DNA of 64,000 nucleotides, taken from Octopus vulgaris (lineage: Eukaryota). The stretch is from positions 87,606,001 through 87,670,000 of the forward strand of contig OX597817.1 in assembly GCA_951406725.2 (NCBI GenBank), read 5' to 3'. A program made the position numbers and the translations under genes. This document shows positions 40,091-52,080 of this stretch, in pieces. Position 1 is the first letter of the stretch; every line of letters begins with the position of its first letter. Under the pieces are notes generated by a model. That model was not told where the DNA came from. It searched no databases and was given only the letters and a program-made list of their open reading frames with translations.

Positions 40091-40281
40091 AAATTAGAAA
40101 TAGTCACGTGACAGTCACCAGTATACATGTATCAGGTCTATAATAAAATAGTTACTTCATTCTTTTGTATATGCTACTCCCACAAACACACATACACACA
40201 TATACGTACATATACGCTTACATATACATACACATATATGAATATACATCAGTGTGTCCTCGTGTACGTGCATGCATGTGT

Positions 40282-40330
<49 letters not shown>

Positions 40331-40341
40331 CATATACATAA

Positions 40342-40700
<359 letters not shown>

Positions 40701-40710
40701 ATATATATAC

Positions 40711-40742
<32 letters not shown>

Positions 40743-41114
40743 GGGAGAGAGACAGAGAGAGAGAGAATAAGAGAGAGAGAAACAAACAGTCAGATATATG
40801 TGTGGGTGTGTTTATGTAAGTATGTATATATGTATATGTGTATATGTGTATGTATATATGTATGTATGTATGCATGTATGTATGTATGCATGTATGCATG
40901 TATGTATGTATGTATGTATGTATGTATGTATGTATGTATGTATGTATATATATATATGATATTGAGCAGATTGAGAACTTTACGGAAATGATGTCGTCCA
41001 GAAAGTTTGGCACTAAATGGTATCGATTAAAAGCAGAAAAATTCTTTTCATCTGAACAAGATTGGCATGAATTATTAACTGTCAAAGGTATTGTTCTATT
41101 GCATTTAGCGGGAG

Positions 41115-41221
41115 TGATAATAATAATAATAATTATAATATTAATAACAATAACAACAACTACAACTACAACAATAATAATAATAATTATAATTATAATA
41201 ATAATAATAACAATAACAACT

Positions 41222-41256
<35 letters not shown>

Positions 41257-41287
41257 AATAATAATGATAATAATAATAATAATAATA

Positions 41288-41337
<50 letters not shown>

Positions 41338-41400
41338 GGTGGTGGTGATGGTGGTGGTGGTGGTGGTGGTTGTGATGGTGATGGTGGTGGTGGTGGTGGT
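41115..41400. repeat. Compound trinucleotide array AAT/AAC to GAT to GGT
   Basis: Direct reading. It forms the tail region of a minus-strand SINE B (41398-41521). Confidence 0.9.
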
Positions 41401-41536
41401 TTCAAATTTTCCCACAAGGGCAGCAATTTTAGGGGAGGGGATGAGTCGATTATGTAGACCCCAGTGTTTCACTGGTACTTAATTCATCGACCCCGAAAGG
41501 ATAAAGGGTAAGTCGACCTCGAATAATAATAGCAGC

Positions 41537-42072
41537 ACCAGCCACTGGCTTTCGTGGCTTCTGATCTTAACTGATTATTGGTGTCATCATGTACATGTTT
41601 TGTCTTGGTATAAAAGATGGGCTACAGCAAATATTTTGCTTAATGCCACAGATTTGCTTGTTGTTTGACCTTAACCAGTTGAGCATGTCCCTTGGTAGCT
41701 AAAAATATGCGCATCTCTGATCACGAGCAGAAGTAGCGGAGAAGCACCATAGCCAGTTGTCAAAAGGAATTCTTTGGTGTGTGACTAATTCACCTCTGGA
41801 AACATGGGTGTTTTGTTCAATATCCTTAAACAACCCTTATTTAGAGACCTTTTGAGTGGAATAGGCTATTCAACCTGAAGAAAATTCTAACTGGGCCCCA
41901 CCTGCAAGGTCATGCGCTGTATATCTTAATATGCGATCACCATGCAGCACATGTATGGTTGTGATGCATGTGCCTGATGTACCTTTATCAGACGGGTAGT
42001 CATGATGGCTATATTGGGCTTCATATATGTGACCCCAGTGTCACTTTGATGGTATGCACTGCTCTCTCACTC
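41537..42072. mobile_element. Unclassified repeat family G, associated with (AAT)n
   Basis: TGGCTT.TGATCTTAACTGATT..CAGCAAATATT.TGCTTAAT.CCACAGATTTGCTTG is shared with 63834-64000. Both abut AAT tracts. Confidence 0.65.
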
Positions 42073-42140
42073 AATAATAATAATAATAATAATAAAAATA
42101 ATAATAATAATAACAATTATTTTTATTATTGCTATTATTC

Positions 42141-42830
42141 AATGCGGCGAGCTGGCAGAAACGTTAGCACGCCAGGCGAAATGCGTAGCCGTATTTCGTT
42201 TGCCGTTACATTCTGAGTTCAAATTCCGCCGAGGTCGACTTTGCCTTTCATCCTTTCGGGCTCGATAAATTAAGTACCTATTTCTTTATTACCCACATGG
42301 GCTAAACATAGAAGGGACAAACAAGGACAGACATAGGTATTAAGTCGATTACATCGACCCCAGTGCGTAACTGGTACTTAATTTATCGACCCCGATAAAT
42401 TAAGTACTAGTCACACACTGGGGTCGATGTAATCGACTTAATTCATATGTCTGTGCTTGTTTGTCCTCTCTGTGTTTAACCCCTTGTGGGTAGTAAAGAA
42501 ATAGGTATTTCGCCCATCGCTACATTCTGAGTCTAAATTCCGTCGAGGAAAACTGGTGTCGATGTAATCGATTCCCCCTCGCCCCAAATTGCTACTCTTT
42601 TGGAAAAATTTGAAACCATTATCATTATTATTGTTATTTAAGGCGGCTAGCTGGCAGAATCGTTAGTACGTCGAAATGCTTAGCAGTTGCTACTTCTGAG
42701 TTCAAGTTCCGCCAAGGTCGACTTTACCTTTCATCCTTTCAGCGTCGCTAGATTAAGTACCAGTTGAGTACTGCAGATCGATGTAATCGCAAAAGAAATT
42801 CAGGCCTTGTGCCTATAGTGGAAAGGATTA
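42141..42830. mobile_element. Cluster of nested SINE family B copies including a head-to-head pair
   Basis: At least four partial or complete copies, with a palindrome at 42275-42507. Confidence 0.85.
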
Positions 42831-43026
42831 TTATTTTTTTAATTATTATTGTTATCTTTTTTTTCTTCTTCTTTCAAATTTGCTTCCATTTCTTGCCGAG
42901 TGTCTTCCCGACTCCTAGGGCAAAGAAACTCATAGTATACATTGGTAGGCCATTAAACTAAACTCACTAGTTCGTTCATTTTTTTAAAGTTAAATTAAAA
43001 TACATGGGTAGTAATAGTTCCATATA

Positions 43027-43111
<85 letters not shown>

Positions 43112-43112
<1 letters not shown>

Positions 43113-43550
43113 TATGTTTGACTTTTGCTTTACATTTGCACAAGCTGGCTCCAAGTCTCACCCAGAGACCTCAAGAAACAACAAGTTGGAAGTTCATGCT
43201 GGTGTTATGCCTAGGGTGCCATATATTTGGTTTTGTACTTAGTGTTGTACTAGTGAACGCCTAAAAAACCATACGAAAATTATGTTTGTTTTAAAACTTG
43301 AGATTACAAAGAAAGTATTTTGCGTAGGATATGAGCAGTTCCCATGAGCACTATCTTTTGAATTTCTGCCATTTTGGAGTTTCCTGGTATCTGAGTTAGG
43401 TAGCAATCAGCCCCTTTTGCTATCATTCCAAGGGCACCTATGACAACAGGTATTGTTTTAGTCTTCAGGTTCCACATTTTGCTGATTTCTATTTCCAGAT
43501 CTTTATATTTGCTCAGTTTTTGGTAGGTCTTGACAGATACGTTTATATCG

Positions 43551-43551
<1 letters not shown>
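43112..43551 (-). mobile_element. R4/Dong-like LINE 3' fragment inserted in (TAA)n
   Basis: KLSKYKDLEIEISKMWNLKTKTIPVVIGALG..IQKIVLMGTAHILRKILSL*, flanked by (ATT)n at 43029-43111 and 43550-43624. Confidence 0.9.
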
Positions 43552-43625
<74 letters not shown>

Positions 43626-44472
43626 TCACAGCTTCGTAAATGACTGCAAAAGTAAATAAATAAATAAGCAATAAAAGTATAAATAAATAAAAGTATTAAA
43701 ATAAATAGATAAATAAATAAGTAAATATATAAACGAAATACATGCATAAATAAAAAATTTGGCCCAAAATGTGTGGTCGACGTGAGATAAGGAGCTGGCC
43801 ATCTGGACTCTGCCTCGAATTATAACGGAAACACTATTTTCTTTTGATATGAAACTACTAGATCTTGAAAAAGTGCGCCCTAGGCTGACGATAAATTCCC
43901 TTTTGCTAAATACATTGTATTTAAAAGAATTATAAAAGCATGTAATAACAATTATGCTGTGATTAATGTTATCATTACAAAAATGTGGAGAAAGCACGCT
44001 GACATTGTTGGTAAATTTAAATAAATTTATGAGTAATTAGAAACCATTGATATTTTTAAGTATCTTTTATTAGAAATTTGTTCAATTTAATTTTAATTAC
44101 TTCGTCATAGAATTGCAATAACAGCAAAAATTAATAAATTTGGTAATTACATTATGGTTTCCTTCTGCAACAACAAAAAGACTTTAATTAATCATATATA
44201 TTTTGGTGGGGAGTGAGTGATTTTCTTAATGATGTACATGTAGAGACGATCATATGGAAATTATTGCAATGAAAATAATTGAGTAAATAGCAGATATTGA
44301 GTTCTACCTGGAAATAAGAGAAGCTCGATCAAAAACATGCTTTCATATTTATATGTACGAAATCATCAGGGTTTTGTGCGTGTATGTGTACCTGTGTGCG
44401 TACTTGTTTGCGTGTTTACTATATGCTTGTGCGCATATACATATATATATACATACACACACACATATATGG

Positions 44473-44537
<65 letters not shown>

Positions 44538-44659
44538 GAGAGAGGGGGGGAGAAATTGAGAGATATATAAACACAAGCACATATAATAAACAGCCGTCAT
44601 CCTTTGGATATCAACTGATGAAATAAATATGTTCATCTCATACCTCCTGACTTACCTTA

Positions 44660-44728
<69 letters not shown>

Positions 44729-45044
44729 GTCTGTCTGTTTGTCTGTCTATCTATCTATCTATCTGTCTGTCTATCTACCTATCTATCTATCTATCTATCT
44801 ATCTGTCTGTCTGTCTGTCTCCTCTCTCTTTCTCTCCCTGTATATATATGTATATATATAGAGAGAGAGAGGGAGAGAGAGAAAGAAAGAGAGATACATA
44901 CACATGATCATAAGATTATGGTTTCGATTCCTGGCCCCTATGATGAGTTGTGTTCTTGAGCAAAACACTTAATTTCATCTCTCGTATTTTCTATCTCTTT
45001 CTCTCTTTCTCTGTCTCTTTCTTTCCTCCCATTTGCACTTTTTT

Positions 45045-45265
45045 CCTAACTTTTACTTGCTTCAATCACTAGACTGCGGTCATGCTGGGGTGTTGTCTTA
45101 TAGGGTTTAGTCAAGCAAATTGATCCAAGTACTTATGTTTTAAAGTCTAGCACTCGTTCACCCATCTCTTTTGTCTAGCTGCTAGGTTACGTGAACTTAA
45201 ACTAATACTGGTGGTTAAGCGGTGGGGGGGACGACAAATGCAAACACAAAGATACACACACGAAT
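45045..45265 (-). mobile_element. SINE family A tail half, diverged
   Basis: GACTGCGGTCATGCTGG..TAAGCGGTGGGGGGACGACAAA. Confidence 0.7.
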
Positions 45266-45299
45266 ATATATATATATATATTAGAAGGATAGATAGATG

Positions 45300-45339
<40 letters not shown>

Positions 45340-45809
45340 CATACATACATACATACATACATATACATATATATGCATATATATGTACATATATATATAT
45401 ACATATATATACATATATATTTATGAATATATATATATACGTATATATATATACGTATATATATATATACACATATATATGTGTGTGTGTGTGTGTATGT
45501 GTGTGTGTGTGTGTGTTGTGCGTCTGCGTGTGTGTTTGTGTTTGTGTGTGTGTATATATATCTTTTCATTCAGGGACTAGTAGACTCGACAAAACATTTG
45601 GAAATGAGTGTTAAATGAAAGCCAGTGAACAGAGTTTTGATGATACCGGTATGACTTTGAATCTCTTTAACAATTCAAAATAATGACTTTTATACCTTTT
45701 AATTTTACCTCAGTTCATCTAATTGTATATATTTATAGTTACTTTTCATAAAAAAGCCTTTATTTTTATATCCAATGTGCATTTTCTCTTTTTCTTTTTT
45801 CGTTTCCCC

Positions 45810-45847
<38 letters not shown>

Positions 45848-45858
45848 TTTACATATAT

Positions 45859-45925
<67 letters not shown>

Positions 45926-45926
<1 letters not shown>

Positions 45927-48900
45927 CAAAGTTGAGTTGTGGGGTATCGCACGAGTGGAATTATATACGAAAGAAGGTTTGAAAATGCAATTTAAAAGAT
46001 GTTTATTTACTTAACCGGTTTCACTCTTTGGAAAAAGATTGTCAAAAGTAACATATAGAAGTTTGGTTGCGTTAATTATTGGTTGTTGCAAATTGCCACA
46101 TTACATGTATATATACAGTCTTTGGTAACAGGGACATGTTAAGGACATAAAAAAGTACAACAGTATGATGAGAATATTTGAAAAAATGGGCAGAAAAGAT
46201 TAAAACAAATATATTATACATCTCAGGGTAATTTCCAGGAGGAAATATCAAAAAAAGTTCAGTACAGAATATTATGAATTCAAGGCGAGGTTGTTTACTG
46301 ACCTGTCCGTTTTAGCAGAAATGTGGAATTGAAAAAGATGTACCCGTTTTTTTCTTTTTTTGGCTCTCCTTCAAGCATCAATGATTTTGGGGTTAGGATG
46401 AGGTGAATATGTGTGTCTCTGCGTGTATGTGTGCGTGCATACACATACATGTGGTGTGAATAGATGTGTCTGTGTGTCTGTAGTATTTGGTCAGATGGCG
46501 TCTGTTTGTCAAGTGTGTGTGGTTGTCATGGTGTTGTGTGTGCGTGTGTGTGCGTGTGTGTGCGTGCGTGTGCGTGCGTGTGTACGCATGCATGAGTGTG
46601 GATGGCATTTGACATGGTGCTGCGTGTGTATATATGTGCCTGTATGGAGGTGAGATTGGTGTGAGTGTGCGTGTCCCTGTGTGCGTGCACACACACGTAT
46701 ACAAGCGTCTGCGTGTGTGTGTGGGCTGTTTTTGATTGGTTCCAGGGTGGCGAAAATAGATGTGTGTTGTTTAAAGAATTTTTTGGGGTAGGTTGGTGTG
46801 TGTATATATGCGTGCCCGCCCGTGCACGCGTGCGTGCGTGCGCGTACGCGTCTACGCGTGTGTGCGGGCCATACACACACACTACATATACATATATACA
46901 CACACACATCATACACACTCACGCCACACACACACACACATATCTCACCCACCCACACACACACACATTATATACACACACACAACACACACACACACAA
47001 CACACATACATACAGACACACACACACACAACGCACACACATATAATACACACACACAACACACGCACACATACATACATAATATAAATACAACACAAAT
47101 TCACCTAACACATATATACATACAATACACATACACAGCATATATATAATACACATACACAATATATACATATAACATACATACACAATACATACATATA
47201 ATATATATATATAGACAATGCATGTACATTTATACATATATACATATATATAGTGTTTACATACACATACATAAATATACCACATATACACACAATATAC
47301 ATACATACAATGTATACATAGACACATACGCATACATATAACATATATATACATAACATACACATACACAATGCATACATATATATACATGTAATGTATA
47401 TACATGTATTCATGCATATATAACACACATACAATATACATATATACAATGCATATATACACATACATGTATATTGTATGTGTGTTATATATGCATGAAT
47501 ACATGTATATACATTACATGTATATATATGTATGCATTGTGTATGTGTATGTTATGTATATATATGTTATATGTATGTGTATGTGTATATGTATACATTC
47601 TTTGTATGTATACTGTGTGTATATGTGGTATATTTATGTATGTGTATGTAAACACTATATATATGTATATATGTATATATGTATATGCATTGTCTATATA
47701 TATATATTATATGTATGTATTGTGTATGTATGTTATATGTATATATTGTGTATGTGTATTATATATATGCTGTGTATGTGTATTGTATGTATATATGTGT
47801 TAGGTGTATTTGTGTTGTATTTATATTATGTATGTGTGCGTGTGTTGTGTGTGTGTGTTGTGTGTGTGTGTTATATGTGTGTATATCATATATAAATATA
47901 TGTTATATTTGTGTGTTGTGTGTGTGTATATTATGTGTGTGTGTGTTGTGTGTGGGGGGTGAGATATGTGTGTGTGTGTGGTGTGTGTGTATGATGTGTG
48001 TGTGTGCATATATATGTATATGTAGTGTGTGTGTATGGCCCGCACACACGCGTAGACGCGCACGCGCACGCACACGCGCACGCGCACGCATATATACACA
48101 CACCATCCTACCCAAAAAATTCTTTAAACAACACACATCTATTTTCGCCACCCTGGAACCAATCAAAAACAGCCCCCCCACACACACACACACACGCAGA
48201 CGCTTGTATACGTGTGTGTGCACGCACACATGGACACGCACACTCACACCAATCTCACCTCCATACAGGCACATATATACACACGCAGCACCATGTCAAA
48301 TGCCATCCACACTCATGCATGCGTACACACGCACGCACACGCACACACACACACGCACACACACGCACACACAACACCATGACAACCACACACACTTGAC
48401 AAACAGACGCCATCTGACCAAATACTACAGACACACAGACACATCTATTCACACCACATGTATGTGTATGCACGCACACATACACGCAGAGACACACATA
48501 TTCACCTCATCCTAACCCCAAAATCATTGATGCTTGAAGGAGAGCCAAAAAAAGAAAAAAACGGGTACATCTTTTTCAATTCCACATTTCTGCTAAAACG
48601 GACAGGTCAGTAAACAACCTCGCCTTGAATTCATAATATTCTGTACTGAACTTTTTTTGACATTTCCTCCTGGAAATTACCCTGAGATGTATAATATATT
48701 TGTTTTAATCTTTTCTGCCCATTTTTTCAAATATTCTCATCATACTGTTGTACTTTTTTATGTCCTTAACATGTCCCTGTTACCAAAGACTGTATATATA
48801 CATGTAATGTGGCAATTATGTAAATTTTTTTGAATTCATAATATTCTGTACTGAACTTTTTTTGATATTTCCTCCTGGAAATTACCCTGAGATGTATAAT

Positions 48901-49139
48901 ATATTTGTTTTAATCTTTTCTGCCCATTTTTTCAAATATTCTCATCATACTGTTGTACTTTTTTATGTCCTTAACATGTCCCTGTTACCAAAGACTGTAT
49001 ATATACATGTAATGTGGCAATTTGCAACAGCCAATAACTAACGCAACCAAACTTCCATATGTTACTTTTGACAATTTTTTTCCAAAGAGTGAAACCGGTT
49101 AAGTAAATAAACATCTTTTAAATTGCATTTTCAAACCTT

Positions 49140-49142
<3 letters not shown>
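45926..49142. repeat. 3.2-kb foldback (arms 45971-47441 and 47467-49142) of a PLE-like terminal region plus degenerate microsatellite
   Basis: Arms are reverse complements over about 1.47 kb with a ~25-bp spacer. The right arm has a 192-bp tandem duplication (48626-48817 / 48831-49022). (TA)n lies on both flanks. Confidence 0.93.
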
Positions 49143-49202
<60 letters not shown>

Positions 49203-49263
49203 ATATATATATAATTATTATTTACAATATATTATATATATTATATATTATCTGCTATTTATG

Positions 49264-50883
49264 GTGTTATTTGATCCTTTCACACGTACGATTTTCAGTA
49301 AGAGAAAGAACTCGAATTTTTTGCGTGGAATCAAGTACCCTAACCTCGTAATATGCTACAAACCCCTTATTTTTGTTCGGAAAAAGGGGGGAAACCGCCC
49401 CCCTCCCCAATATCCCGGAATCATTAGACATTTTCTTTTTTTTTTCGTTGAAGGAATTCCTCACCTCCTAATATGATACCTAACTCCTTTTTGGACCCGG
49501 AAAACGGGGTGGGGTGGAACCCTCGGAAATTTAACCCTTATCCCTATTTTCAAATATTTTTGCTATTTCTTTCTTTCCCCATTTTAGATAACATTTTGCA
49601 GAAGTACATTTTTTTCGAGAGTGAGGCTTACATTAGATTGAATATTCAACGAAGTTTGAAATGAATAAGTAAAAATGCAGAGGTTATAGGAGTTAGTGGT
49701 AACGAAATGTGTGGAGAGATAATGAACGATAAAGTCATTTAAAAAAAAAACACGTTAGAGTTTTGCATTTGTGTGTGAAACGAAGTAAAAGTATGATATT
49801 TAAACAAAATGTTTTTTCCTACCGATGCCAGTGCCGGCGGAACGTAAAAATCACCATTCGAGCGTCATCGAAGTCAGTGCCATCTGACTGGCCCCCGTGC
49901 CAGTGGCACTTGAAAAGCACCCATTACACTCCCGGAGTGGTTGGTGCTAGGAAGGGCATGCAGTTGTAAAAACCTTGCCAGAACAGACTAGAGTCTGATT
50001 GCAGCCTCCTGGCTAGCCAGTCCTCAGTCAAACCGCCCGATCCATGCCAGCATGGAAAGCAGATGTTAAACAATGATGATAATGATGATGATGATGATGA
50101 TGATATATAATGATATATATAATTATGATATAGTGTTACAACATTCAAAGTTTAGGTAAACTTCGTCACCAACTCACTCTCTCTTTCTCTCTTTCTCTTT
50201 CCCCTTCTCTCTCTCTCTCTCTCTCTCTCACTCTCTCACTCACTCACTCACTCTCCACACAAAAATGAAACCCATTTCGGCGCCAAAAATTGCAAAGGGA
50301 AAATTGCAAAGGGAAAATTAATTCTGCAGTCTGGGATTATTATACATATTATATCCAGTGATTTTAAGAGGGAGGGAAAAGTTATTTTGTTTTAATATTA
50401 TACTTTTACTTCGTTTCACACATACCTGCAAAAACTCTAATTTTTTAGATGAATTTATCGCCCTCTGCATGTTCTCTTATCCATTTCAATTCTTTGAATT
50501 TTCAGTCTAATGTAAGCCATACTCTCTTGAAAACGTATTACTGCAAAATGTTATCTAAAATTATGGGTAAAGAAAGAAATGGCAAAAAATATTTGAAAAC
50601 GGGGTGAAATTTCCGAGGATTCTGTCCTACTCCACCCCGTTTTCCAGACCCAGAAAAGGGTTTTGTAGCATATCAGGAGGTCACCAGAATTCATTCAACG
50701 AAAAAAAAAATTCCAATGATTTTGGGATATGGGGGGGATCCCGTTTCCAACCCCTCCTTTCTTCAGAACAAAAATAAGGGGTTTGCAGCATATTAAGATG
50801 TCAGGGTACTTGATTCCACGCAAAAAATCCGAGTTTTTTTTTCTTCATGAAGATCGTGCGGATGAAAGGATCAAAATTTACTC
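49264..50883. mobile_element. Non-autonomous long-TIR DNA transposon (MULE/foldback-like)
   Basis: About 500-550-bp diverged TIRs (49264-49811, 50384-50883), e.g. TTTTTTGCGTGGAATCAAGTACCCT / AGGGTACTTGATTCCACGCAAAAAA. Flanking direct repeat TATTTATG at 49256-49263 and 50884-50891. Confidence 0.8.
49820..50105 (+). mobile_element. RTE-related SINE 3' part with (GAT)n tail, nested in the long-TIR element
   Basis: GTGGTTGGTGCTAGGAAGGGCATGCAG..CCATGCCAGCATGGAAAGCAGATGTTAAA-(TGA)n. Confidence 0.65.
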
Positions 50884-50889
50884 TATTTA

Positions 50890-50959
<70 letters not shown>

Positions 50960-50979
50960 CTATATATATACATACACAC

Positions 50980-51150
50980 GTGATGATGATGGTTGCCATC
51001 TCGATTTCGAGTAGAGCCATTGCCTGATTTCTTTATGCCCTAGAATATCATCGATGATCTGCCCGAGTATGGCTTTTGAGGCCTGCCAAAGACTTGTATG
51101 CTTTTTAGTGCAAGAAAACTTGGTGACCGTATAGTTTACAGTTCCACGAA
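50980..51150 (-). mobile_element. RTE-clade LINE extreme 3' end
   Basis: Minus-strand AGLKSHTRADHR* (terminal C2H2-like motif), short UTR and (CAT)n tail. Confidence 0.6.
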
Positions 51151-51204
51151 CATACATACATACATACATACATACATACATACATACATACATACAACAT
51201 GTAT

Positions 51205-51206
51205 GA

Positions 51207-51241
<35 letters not shown>

Positions 51242-51274
51242 GAAAAAAGAAAGAAAGAAAGAAAGAAAGAAGGA

Positions 51275-51318
<44 letters not shown>

Positions 51319-51360
51319 AGGAAGGAAAGAAAGGGAAAGAATAAGAAAAAAGAAAGAAAG
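51205..51360. repeat. (GAAA)n purine tract
   Basis: Direct reading. Confidence 0.95.
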
Positions 51361-51879
51361 ACAAAGCAATGTACATTAGTGAGCAGATATTTGATAATGA
51401 GGCAGAGAATTATTCTTATTGCAAAACAAATGTACGAAACGTTAAAAATATCAAGTTTAGATGGATAATATATATATATAATAATTCACTGGAGAGAGAG
51501 TAAAATAATATAGTCTGGTTCTGCAAAAAATGAAATATTTACATCCTATACACAGTCTGAAAACTTTCTTTCTCCCAATTAAATACTCTTCTGTGCATCA
51601 TGAAGGTTTTATCAGCGGTGAGTAGTAAAAGTGTCGTAAACTGTCAGAGGTTTTTTATGTACAACGCGAATAGTCGATATTGCGAAGAAAATATTGGAAA
51701 TACAGGCCAAAAAAATCGTTACTATAGGGCTGAAACTTGTTCAAGTCAGTAATGATATTGCCAAAGTGATCGGTTATGGTACATAACTGTGTAAAATCCT
51801 TTTTCTGTGCTACTGCGAATTATTTTATTTTGTGAAACGAATTAGCGAGAATATTTGATAAAAATATTCTGTCATAAAA

Positions 51880-52080
51880 ACTGGCAGAATCGTTAGCACG
51901 TCTGGAAAATGCTTAGCGGCATTTCGTCCGTCTGAGGCCAAATTCCGCCGCCGATGTCGACTTTGCCTTTCATCCTTTTGGGGTCGATAAAATAAGTAAC
52001 AGTTGAGCACTGGGGTCGATATAATTGGCTTACTCTGCCCCCACCCCCAAATCGCTAGCCTTGTGCCAAAATTTGAAACT
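51880..52080 (+). mobile_element. SINE family B
   Basis: Near full-length copy. Confidence 0.85.
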
